From: Mytilus californianus
Lineage: Eukaryota
Length of the DNA stretch: 64,000 bases
Assembly: GCF_021869535.1 (NCBI RefSeq)
Contig: NW_026262734.1
Coordinates: 16,182,001-16,246,000 of the forward strand
Direction: 5' to 3'
Shown: one piece after another, positions 39,401 to 51,300 of the stretch
How the letters are laid out: each line of letters begins with the position of its first letter
How positions within the stretch are numbered: position 1 is the first letter of the stretch
Notes under the pieces: generated by a model
Seen by the model: the letters and a program-made list of their open reading frames with translations, nothing else
Told to the model about the DNA's origin: nothing
Database searches by the model: none
Translations under genes and position numbers: made by a program

Positions 39401-41886
39401 GTCTGCATAAAAGTTTAAATTCAAGAGTCCTTTTGCATTCAAACTTCTAGTATTATGTCATAATAGCATAGAAAAGAGCAAAAAGTTACAAATTTCCATT
39501 TCTTATAGCTTCTGTATGCATTTTTATATGTGAATATGTGCTACGGCCTAAATGACTCTAAATAATTATAAGTCTTACATGGCCAAAGACCATTTTATAC
39601 TCATGTGGTATGCTATTGTAACTTTTCTTTCCATTTAAAGTTCATTAGATATATATGGAAGAATAATTTAAGGTTAAAAAACTTTAAAAAATTCAAATTG
39701 GTTGAAAAAAATTAATCTTTATATAAGGCCCCCCTTAATTCGAAAATCTCTATTTTCAGGCACAGGCTCATATAAATTTGACTTTTGAATAATTGTTATA
39801 AATCTGATAAACCAAATGAGTGTTCAGTTGATTTTAATACATAATATATTATATTTAAGGGCCTTTAAAAAGCAAATGTTTGCAATATTTAAATTTTTTA
39901 GGCCCAAATCTTGATAGTTGAAATCATTTGATTTAAACGTCAAAATTAAACATCCAACTTTCAATATTAAAATGGCTCTAGTTTCTATAATATAATTCCT
40001 ATGGCCATGAAACTTGGCCAACTATCTTATAATTGTCTAAGCTTTGTCCATGCAAAGTTTCATAAGATTTGGTCAAGTCTTTATGTCCTATTAAGAGATG
40101 AATTCAGTAAATGTAGATTCTGTACTTTGGCAACTTCCCTGAATGGTTTGCTGGTTTAAATTTGTCAAACTCAATAAAAGTAAAGGTATTACATCTTTAT
40201 TTGATAGAAATTCTGTTAAAATGTCACATTTTGGCGTTATATGGCTAAAATAAGAATTTTAAAGTAATTTCCATTTGTATGCCTAAGAGGCAAGCTGACC
40301 TTCTCCGTGACAGGTTTTTATGTTTTTATATTTGTGTTTTTATGCTTAATTCAAATTTAATTAACCATTTGTGAACTCTGAATCTAGAGAAAAGTAGATT
40401 ATCACAGAAAAATTGTGCAAAATGTGTTGTATTTATGGCCCTGGTCAAACGGCCTGTTTGATGCGTGTGAAATGTGAAGAGCTTTGTACATAAAATTTGA
40501 AGTCCATCATAAATATTTCACTAATTCTATAAAAAAGCACTTTACAATGATCAGTGTACCTTATTCATTTCATATACAACCTTCAGTTTCTTCTGTAGGA
40601 TAGTAAGTGGTCCAAATATATGCCATTTGAGACTAAAATTACATGAAACTTTTCCATTGAAAAGTTAAAAAACTGTGCATCAGACCATACTGTCTGCATA
40701 AAAGTTTAAATTCAAGAGTCCTTTTGCATTCAAACTTCTAGTATTATGTCATAATAGCATAGAAAAGAGCAAAAAGTTACAAATTTCCATTTCTTATAGC
40801 TTCTGTATGCATTTTTATATGTGAATATGTGCTACGGCCTAAATGACTCTAAATAATTATAAGTCTTACATGGCCAAAGACCATTTTATACTCATGTGGT
40901 ATGCTTTTTGTAACTTTTCTTTCCATTTAAAGTTCATTAGATATATATGGAAGAATAATTTAAGGTTAAAAAACTTTAAAAAATTCAAATTGGTTGAAAA
41001 AAATTAATCTTTATATAAGGCCCCCCTTAATTCGAAAATCTCTATTTTCAGGCACAGGCTCATATAAATTTGACTTTTGAATAATTGTTATAAATCTGAT
41101 AAACCAAATGAGTGTTCAGTTGATTTTAATACATAATATATTATATTTAAGGGCCTTTAAAAAGCAAATGTTTGCAATATTTAAATTTTTTAGGCCCAAA
41201 TCTTGATAGTTGAAATCATTTGATTTAAACGTCAAAATTAAACATCCAACTTTCAATATTAAAATGGCTCTAGTTTCTATAATATAATTCCTATGGCCAT
41301 GAAACTTGGCCAACTATCTTATAATTGTCTAAGCTTTGTCCATGCAAAGTTTCATAAGATTTGGTCAAGTCGTTATGTCCTATTAGGTCCAAGGACACAG
41401 TTATCGTCCTTTGGTTTTCGTTGTCTACGAATATAGTCCCTAGTGTAAACAGTGTATAACTTGCAATTTTTTTTCATATACTTTCCCAATTTATTTCTTG
41501 ATATTTGATGCATGAAATATTAAGTAAGGGGATGAAATTACATGTTAAAAAAATTTGGGTGCTGAATCTTTATGTTAAGTAGTGATTAGGTCTAGGTAAA
41601 AAAGGTCAAAAATTAGTATGTCTGAAACTGTCAAACTGAATTTAAGACAACCTTAACATAGAATTGTCAATATTTTGAGTTAGAGCTGGTAGACTTTTCT
41701 ATAATTTTGATATTATTTGTCCCAATAGTAGTACACTACACTGTAAAAATCTTTTTGAGATAGAGCAGGTGCGATTTTTTTAATTTGAATTTATTGTCTA
41801 AAAGAAATGCACTACGAAATAACTGTGTTCTCGGGCCATGCTGGTGACTGCTGAAACTATGTGATCATTAAGGCAGTTTTGACTGT
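36500..41886. mobile_element. Older GTGACCGCT-rich MITE interrupted by the composite element
   Basis: AAACCTGTATTAAG at about 36502 and GGCAGTTTTGACTGTA at about 41872 look like decayed inverted ends; GTGACCGCT motifs occur on both sides of the insertion. Confidence 0.45.
37058..41837. mobile_element. KolobokP-like non-autonomous composite transposon: LTDR-INT-INT-INT-LTDR
   Basis: 452-bp direct repeats at 37058-37509 and 41386-41837, each with 16/19 TIRs (GG...CC). Three near-identical 1287-1288-bp internal units are joined by TAA and TTAA. Confidence 0.8.
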
Positions 41887-42249
41887 AAATATTTATAGGA
41901 TTCTTGAATAAAGAAATCACTTACCATTACCATAAATTTGTTAATTTTGAGTTCTCTTTAGCGCAAGGCCAACTTTAAAAAATGCATAAGATTTCCGAAA
42001 CTTTTTGGTCAAAACTAATCAGAATGTCTGCTACTTTCTTTTCCAATGTGGGTAACTTTTGTTTTCAAAATTGTAAGATTGATAATTTCAAAAATTAAAG
42101 AACAATAAACACTATCAAACCACTTATTTATTGCCTAGTTTTATACTATTACGATGTGCATCAAAATAACAAAGAGAAAAGAGAATATAAAAAATCAGAC
42201 CTGAGTTTAAAGGATTTACTGTTATTTTAAAAAAAAAATTATTTCCGAT

Positions 42250-42860
42250 TTTTGGATACTATTTTGATAGATAAATCCAGTAAACCTGGTTAGCAGCATC
42301 CAAAGTATACTTTGCAGAGTGTTTACATAAAACGGGATCTGATGGTACGGCGAAATTTATCTTACTTTCTTCTGGCTTTATAGATTGTTCACTGTTGAGT
42401 CCTTGGCCTTTGTAGCCGCGGACAAAATTGATACCCTTTCTTTTAAATAATTTCCGAATTGTTAGTCAAAAAAGTATGGTCTCTTCACTATACCTAGCAT
42501 TATGTATTGTAGACTGTGAAAAAAAATTGCCAACATCTAAGAGTAAATGGAAGGCTATATTGTTGAACAGGTGTCCGGTTTATTACAGCAATTAAGGTAG
42601 ATTTAAAATCTTCTAAACATATTTCATTGACCTCAGGGATTCAATAACATCTGGTATCAAAGAATAATAACTTCTTCAGGGACTGCATGAGCTTCATCTA
42701 TGTATTCCGCTCAGGATTGACATCTGAACTTGTTCTCTTAAAGGTGATTATTATTAATGTATGGTTTAAAGCCTTTAGTAATTTGATCTGAAATTTGTAA
42801 TATCTGCAGTGGGAAGTGGTGAGATTTATAAGCTGCATGTCCTGATTTTTCGTCCAAAAA
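42250..42860 (-). pseudogene. Degraded ORF remnant, probably transposon-derived
   Basis: With about two frameshifts the minus strand reads NIAFHLLLDVGNFF..ARYSEETILF-LTIRKLFKRKGINFVRGYKGQG..INFAVPSDPVL. Confidence 0.4.
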
Positions 42861-43399
42861 TTGTTTTCTTAATACTTAATAAATTTTGTTGTTCTATTGT
42901 GTTGGCTGATTGAGTGATAAAGTATGGTATCTATGTCACTAGATGTATAATGGCAGAGAGAATAATAACACATGTAATTAAAAAAAAGAGTCAAGTTTAT
43001 TAGCTGGGTATAATACCAGAAATCATGGTATTCACAAAAGAATTATAGTAGAAATCTACTTTATTTCTGATTATACATGTTATATGTTCGATGCAATCTC
43101 TATAATAATGTTTAATTATTTCATCCATGAATATCGATTCTTTGAAAGTTACGGCAGGGACTATTATACTATAATATATTATGTCCAAGGTTACAGAAAT
43201 CATGTTTAAGTTATCGGACATCCCTATTGGTATAATGAAAAAAGTTACGGACAAGTTGTTTTCAAGTTATCGGACATCCTATGTTATTTCGCAAATCGTG
43301 CTGTGATTGTTTATTTTGTAGTATTTAATCACCTTTTACGTTTATGAGTTTTCCTAAAAGATTGATCGTGTTGATACAACTTTTTATTTCCTGAACATT

Positions 43400-43630
43400 T
43401 GTGTTGTATTCATGGTATTGTTATTATATAGGAGAGAAGTTTCTAACGGACGCCAGGCGGCTCCATCTTGGGCTGTGGGTAACTTACGCAGTTTAAGCAC
43501 AGTGAAAAGGGATAACTTAAGAATTTGTTTTACTTTTTCTCGTCAAGGTCGTTGCCTTGTTTCCAGCGGCAGCGTTGACAATTTCTTAAATTTTGTGATT
43601 AGGTTAATAGTTGATATTTGGTATGCAGAG
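43400..43630. promoter_or_regulatory. Putative CpG-rich promoter / non-coding first exon upstream of ADAT2 and NDH-2
   Basis: Local CpG enrichment, YY1-like GGCGGCTCCATCTTG at 43456-43470, and candidate donors (e.g. TTTG|GTATGC at 43621). Confidence 0.45.
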
Positions 43631-43715
43631 GTATTAGCATTGACACTTATATAAAATCCATGTACATAATTGTCTGTTAGGGGTCACTTGACAATTTGAC
43701 CTTATTTCATGTTTA

Positions 43716-44003
43716 AACAAGGAATTATTTGAATCTGAAATGATTTTGAATTCTGGAAAATTGATAAGAAATTAATGTATGATGAAAACTAACCCAACTA
43801 AATAGGGTTAGCCATGCGTGCATGGCTAAGGCACGCATGGCTAAGGGGGGTCAGTAAGTTCATACTGAAATATCGGTGAAAGTAAAATTAACCTTAGCCA
43901 TGCGCGCTTGGCTAACCCTATTTAGTTGGGTTAGTTTTCATTATACATTGATTATCAATTTTCCAGAATTCAAAATTATTCCAGATTCAAATAATTCCTT
44001 GTT
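43716..44003. mobile_element. Foldback MITE with about 105-bp TIRs
   Basis: AACAAGGAATTATTTGAATCTG... and ...CAGATTCAAATAATTCCTTGTT arms are reverse complements. Confidence 0.8.
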
Positions 44004-44317
44004 TTTATTTGTTAATGTAAGGTTTTCATGTAACTTTTAGTACAGATCTCTTTTTATTATATTATAAAAATGTACTGCCTATGTTTGTACATGATCAAAA
44101 TGTGATGTATTCAAAACAAGGACACCTCATAGGCACACCAAACTTGAGTTTTGGATATTCTTGGAGAAGGTTCATCCAGAATAGAGCTTCAAACATGAAG
44201 GGAAAAATGTTTGGTTCACTGGGGTCATCCTTGTTCTTGTAGTGTTTTAAAGTTATGCCTCCATGCCTTACATACACATTATTTAGTAAATACTCTAAAA
44301 CGTACATGTACATCTGA

Positions 44318-44875
<558 letters not shown>

Positions 44876-45114
44876 ACAATAAAGTAGATTAATATTTTAA
44901 CAATAGTGTGCTATGCTGTAAATGCATTTACATGTATTCTTAAGTATTGAAAATATATTTTTTTATTTGTAGACAATTAAGAGGAGAAATCCTTCCAAAT
45001 CTGATATTGAAATGTTTGGTATATGCACATTTTACATAACATTAGTGTGACACACAGTGTCAGGAATACTTTATACTTATTGTTGAAATAATTGAAGAAT
45101 AGAATTGTGTCGAA

Positions 45115-45365
45115 ATGGCCTTAAGAGCAATTAGACTGCTAGTAAGTAAAGGAAAGACTAACTTAGCTAGAATAAATGACATTACAAATCCAACATCGAC
45201 AGTAAAACGTGAAAGACTAGTTATTCTTGGAACAGGTTGGGGAAGTTACAGTGTATTGAAGACAATAGACAAAAACAAATTTGATGTGATAGTTGTCAGT
45301 CCAAGGAACCACTTCCTGTTTACACCATTGTTATGTAGTACAACTGTTGGGACTCTAGAATTTAG
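45115..45365 (+). CDS. NDH-2 exon 1 (mitochondrial-targeting-like N-terminus, FAD-binding GxGWG)
   Basis: Donor AG|GTATGT at 45366. Confidence 0.9.
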
Positions 45366-48300
45366 GTATGTTTTGACAATGTCTTAAGGTCAACAGTTAC
45401 AATGGGTTTTGTCACAGATTTTTCTAAAATTTTGCATACACTTTTGGCATGTTGAACTATAACTGAAAATCGAGAAAAAAAATGCATTTATCTCTTTTAT
45501 TATCTGAAATATTACTGATTGAATTATTTCAAGATAGGTGAACACTTGTACAGAAAGCACACAAAATCTGCAAAAAACCTTCTTAAATTTGTCTTAAAAT
45601 CATCAAATCTCTAATTTCTAATACATAGGTTTTTCTTAAAAAACGATATGTTGTTGATACATAAATTTCTGTTTTAATGATATAAAGTAATCATATGGTC
45701 ACCGACTTTGTTTTTTGTCTAATAATCAATCTGTTACCTACATGTAGTTGGTACTGAAAAATGTCTAAAATTAATGTTTTATTGCCTGCAACGCGATGAT
45801 GTTACGATTATTTCGAAGTTTTATAGTATTTTTTCACATAGAACACCCCTTTGAATGATGTATACTGTAAAAACGAAGTGAGTGACCCTATCATTCATTA
45901 AAACAAAAATTTAAGAAGGTTTTTTGCAGATTTTATGTGCTTTCTATACAAATGTGCACCTATTTTGAAAGAATTCAATCAGTAATATTTCAGATGATAA
46001 AAGAGATAAATGCATTAGTTTTTTGCTTTTCAGTTAAAGTTCAACGAGCCAAAGTTGTATGCAAAATTTTACTGTGACATAGTCCATTTACTCTAACTTG
46101 ACCTTAAAGTTTGATAGTAAACAACTAATTTGTGAGAAGGGAGATAACCATATATATCATGTATATATTATCGATATTTATACCATTAAAATACAATTAC
46201 AGTACAAATGTAGTAGGTGGACACTTTAACAATTACAGTAGTAGGTTGACACTTCAATAATTACAGTAGTAGGCTGACACTTCAACAATTACAGTAGTAG
46301 GTGGACACTTCAACAATTACAGTAGTAGGTTGACACTTCAACAAAATATTCTGCATACAAGGCTACAGGAAATTTGTATTTCGTTGAACATTTAAATGTT
46401 TGTTTCACTAATTATAAATGCAATGAAATTCCCAAAAGCTGCTTGCCACAAATAACTTATGAGTATAAATTGTAAAATAGAACAAGATCAATAATACCAG
46501 TATCTTAGAAATGTTAACTGAAAAAAACAATTTGATAGAAGAATCACAAAAGTTTATAAAAAAATGTATATAAATACAGAATACATTTGAACCTACTTTT
46601 GTACAAGCTCCAGGTGCTTAGACACAATGATAATACAGAATTTTTTTATTTATCAATGATGACCTAGATAACTTCAAGATGATAAATAGCAATAATAGTG
46701 ACTGATAATTCACAACATGCATCAGCAGGGTTTTCACAAAGATGAGTCCTGAACTCATGAAAATCTATCTGAACTCATTATTTTCTCACAATGTGAATGA
46801 TGGGTTAGTCTATAGCTAAAGATACATCATCATGATCATGATTGTATCACAATAAAAAGCTCAAGTTATAAACTTAGACTTATTATATCTTGTAATGTAT
46901 TACCTGTTTTGAAGCTTTAAAATCAATTTAATGGATTTAATACACAATAAGAATGTAAAGTTGATTAAATTCACAGTTGTCTTCTGTTGATCTAGTTCAT
47001 ATCATGTTATAATTGCAGATCTGTCATAGAACCTGTTAGGAACACAATATTTCGGCAGCCGGATCATTTCCACTTATCATTTGCTACAAAACTAGATATT
47101 GAAAACAAAAAAATACATTGTGAGAGTGTATTGAAATCTGAGCTGAAATATACAATAGACTTTGATAAACTGTTGATTGGTGTAGGAGCTTTGAGTAATA
47201 CGTTTAACGTGCCTGGCGTTCAGGAACATTCCTTCTTTCTCAAGGTAAGATTTAACGTGCCTGGCGTTCAGGAACATTCCCTCTTTCTCAAGGTAAGATT
47301 TAACGTGCCTGGTGTTCAGGAACATTCCTTCTTTCTCAAGGTAAGATTTAACGTGCCTGGCGTTCAGGAACATTCCTTCTTTCTCAAGGTAAGATTTAAC
47401 GTGCCTGGCGTTCAGGAACATTCCTTCTTTCTCAAGGTAAGATTTAACGTGCCTGGTGTTCAGGAACATTCCTTATTTCTCAAGGTAAGATTTAACGTGC
47501 CTGGTGTTCAGGAACATTCCTTCTTTCTCAAGGTAAGATTTAACGTGCCTGGTGTTCAGGAACATTCCTTCTTTCTCAAGGTAAGATTTAACGTGCCTGG
47601 TGTTGAGGAACATTCCTTATTTCTCAAGGTAAGATTTAACGTGCCTGGTGTTCAAGAACACTCCTTCTTTCTCAAGGTAAGATTTAACGTGTCGTGTTCA
47701 GGAACATTCCTTCTTTCTCAAGGTAAGATTTAACGTGCCTGGTGTTCAGGAACATTCCTTATTTCTCAAGGTTAGATTTAACGTGCCTGGCGTTCAAGAA
47801 CACTCCTTCTTTCTCAAGGTAAGATTTAACGTGCCTGGTGTTCAGGAACATTCCTTATTTCTCAAGGTAAGATTTAACGTGCCTGGTGTTCAGGAACACT
47901 CCTTCTTTCTCAAGGTAAGATTTAACGTGTCTGGTGTTCAGGAACACTCCTTCTTTCTCAAGGTAAGATTTAACGTGCCTGGTGTTCAGGAACACTCCTT
48001 CTTTCTCAAGGTAAGATTTAACGTGTCTGGTGTTCAGGAACATTCCTTCTTTCTCAAGGTAAGATTTAACGTGCCTGGTGTTCAGGAACATTCCTTCTTT
48101 CTCAAGGTAAGATTTAACGTGCCTGGCGTTCAGGAACATTCCTTCTTTCTCAAGGTAAGATTTAACGTGCCTGGCGTTCAGGAACATTCCTTCTTTCTCA
48201 AGGTAAGATTTAACGTGCCTGGCGTTCAGGAACATTCCTTCTTTCTCAAGGTAAGATTTAACGTGCCTGGCGTTCAGGAACATTCCTTCTTTCTCAAGGT

Positions 48301-51300
48301 AAGATTTAACGTGCCTGGCGTTCAGGAACATTCCTTCTTTCTCAAGGTAAGATTTAACGAGCCTGGCGTTCAGGAACATTCCTTCTTTCTCAAGGTAAGA
48401 TTTAACGTGCCTGGCGTTCAGGAACATTCCTTCTTTCTCAAGGTAAGATTTAACGTGCCTGGCGTTCAGGAACATTCCTTCTTTCTCAAGGTAAGATTTA
48501 ACGTGCCTGGCGTTCAGGAACATTCCTTCTTTCTCAAGGTAAGATTTAACGTGCCTGGCGTTCAGGAACATTCCTTCTTTCTCAAGGTAAGATTTAACGT
48601 GCCTGGCGTTCAGGAACATTCCTTCTTTCTCAAGGTAAGATTTAACGTGCCTGGCGTTCAGGAACACTCCTTCTTTCTCAAGGTAAGATTTAACGTGCCT
48701 GGCGTTCAGGAACATTCCTTCTTTCTCAAGGTAAGATTTAACGTGCCTGGCGTTCAGGAACACTCCTTCTTTCTCAAGGTAAGATTTAACGTGCCTGGTG
48801 TTCAGGAACATTCCTTCTTTCTCAAGGTAAGATTGATTTATAACCAGTCCATCATGTTAACCTGTCTGACCATACATTCAACTCACCAGTTACACTCTGT
48901 TTGAAAATGCCATTGAAAATTATCTAATTAAATACAAGTAATCTGCACTTTACTTAACTCACCCGTTACAGATCAGCCATTTCAGCTGTACAGAGTAGAT
49001 TGTGCCACTTATTACACAGTAATGGTTTTATTGTCCCATATATACGAAATTCATCTAAAAATTACTTATAACTTTAATATAAAACAAAAAATGAAAATTC
49101 ATCAGGAACACACAATGGCAAATGTTTGAAAGCCAAGGATGTGTAAGAACCGAAACAGTTGAAGAGCTGTATGACCAAAAAGGAACTAAAAATAATAGCC
49201 AAATCAATCTTTGGTCAACTTTGCCTGAGGGAGTTGAAACCTTAGTTTCTTATAAAGATCTTGTTGAATCTGCGAAAATAATAAATTTTTCTGACTACAA
49301 AATATTTTATTTTTCTCAATGACTATTTTTGGATGGATTAAAATCTTTTTATTTTATCTTTTCTTAAATATAGGAAGTAGCAGATGCCAGGAGAATAAGG
49401 AACAGAATATTAAAGAATTTTGAATTGTCGGTACAGCCAGGAATAGAAGAATCAGAAGCAAATAGGCTATTACATACAGTCATTGTAGGAGGGGGACCAA
49501 CCGGTGTGGAGTTTGGTGCAGAGCTTTATGACTTTGTAGAACAGGTAAAGTAAAGAGGTTACATGATCATGGACATATGATATAAACTTGAAATCTTGAT
49601 CTTTATCAGCAAATGTTAAAATTGGATAGGAGTCAGATAAGGTCATGAGTAGACTGAAATCTTGAATTATGTGACTCAGGTTACTCTAAATGTATGGTAC
49701 TACTATTACATTATACAAGGCTTATCCACCATTTATTCATGAGTTATTTTTAAGATTACAAACTTTGCAAAAGTTTTTATTTGAACACTGCATGTTTTCT
49801 AGGATATTTCCCGTCTGTATAAGCAGAAGAAACATCATGTAAATGTAACCCTCGTAGAATCTAATCAGATCCTCGCATCGTTTGATGAAAGTCTAAGGAA
49901 ATATGCAGAGAAAAAGATCAAAGAAAGAGACAGGTTTCAACTGGTCAAATCAATAGTAACAGGTAATACTGAGTTATCGTCAATGAATATCACGTGTTAC
50001 ATTAATGTTTTAGTACATTACAAAAATCACCAAAAAAAACCTGGCAGTCTGTCTATTCAAATTTATATTTATCTGAGGTTCACATGACAGTCAGCAATTT
50101 TCAGAGGTCATGTCAACATGAAACAGGATTCTTTATAACAATTCCATGCATTGTTTATTGTTTCCTATGGAACCTTTGTAAATTGGATATATGATTTAGT
50201 ATGTTATGAATATGTTTGAAAGTTTGAGTTATTAAGGTGGGCATAATACTATGGAAATAATGGATACATAATAATATAGTGATGTGTATTTCATAATTTA
50301 GATCACTAACAATTACTAGCTAGTTCTAATAAATATATACTACTAATGTTTAGTGTGGCCAGGATAAGGAACCAGCCAGTACTTTCTGTATCTAACTAAA
50401 AAATGTTAAAATTTTCAATAAAGTATGAAAAAAAAAAGTATGTGGACATAATTTTGCACCAAATGCTGCTTTAAGATACATACATAATTAAGTTTTGATT
50501 CAATAAGAATTTTAGTCAGTACATTTTGTTTTAGAGGTGAAAAAAGATTGTGTTATATTAAGTAATGGAGAGACAATACCATGTGGAATGGTTGTATGGA
50601 GTGGCGGTATAGCTCCCCGACAGTTTGTCAGTGATTTAGATCTGAAAAAAAATAAACAAGGACAGGTAAATACTTATAGTTATCAATAGAATGTGAGACT
50701 TGGATATATGAATACAATAAGATTTGGATATACATCATTGAGACAGCAACCCAAGGACAAATAAAAAGACATCTAGAGATCTCCATGCTGTCTACAAATA
50801 AAAAGACATCTAGAGATCTCCATGCAGTCTACAACTAAAAAGACATCTAGAGATCTCCATGCTGTCTACAACTAAAAAGACATCTAGAGATCTCCATGCT
50901 GTCTACAACTAAAAAGACATCTAGAGATCTCCATGCTGTCTACAACTAAAAAGACATCTAGAGATCTCCATGCTGTCTACAACTAAAAAGACATCTAGAG
51001 ATCTCCATGCAGTCTAGAACTAAAAAGACATCTAGAGATCTCCATGCAGTCTACAACTAAAAAGACATCTAGAGATCTCCATGCAGACTACAACTAAAAA
51101 GACATCTAGAGATCTCCATACAGTCTATAACAATAAACAGGTTTCTATGTGATATTGTAACGTTTTGGGGTTTTCGAGTCAGGATACCTGTCGTTACTTA
51201 TGTGGGCCTTTGGTGAAGGAAGTAATAATAAAAACCATATTGGAGTTCATAAATTGTATTATTTCTGCTTAAGCAATACAACAAATACAGTGGTTCATAA

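Noticed and set aside
38534-41313. Three identical 65-aa ORFs as a tandem gene cluster or transposase
   Set aside because: They are short AT-rich frames inside the triplicated INT unit with no DDE or His-Me motifs.
37058-41837. LTR retrotransposon
   Set aside because: The direct repeats end GG...CC with own TIRs and TTAA junctions rather than TG...CA; there is no PBS, PPT or gag-pol.
47735-48904. 389-aa repeat protein (and antisense ORFs 47855-48811 and 47092-47469)
   Set aside because: These are by-products of the stop-free 48-bp intronic array; real NDH-2 coding resumes at 49374.
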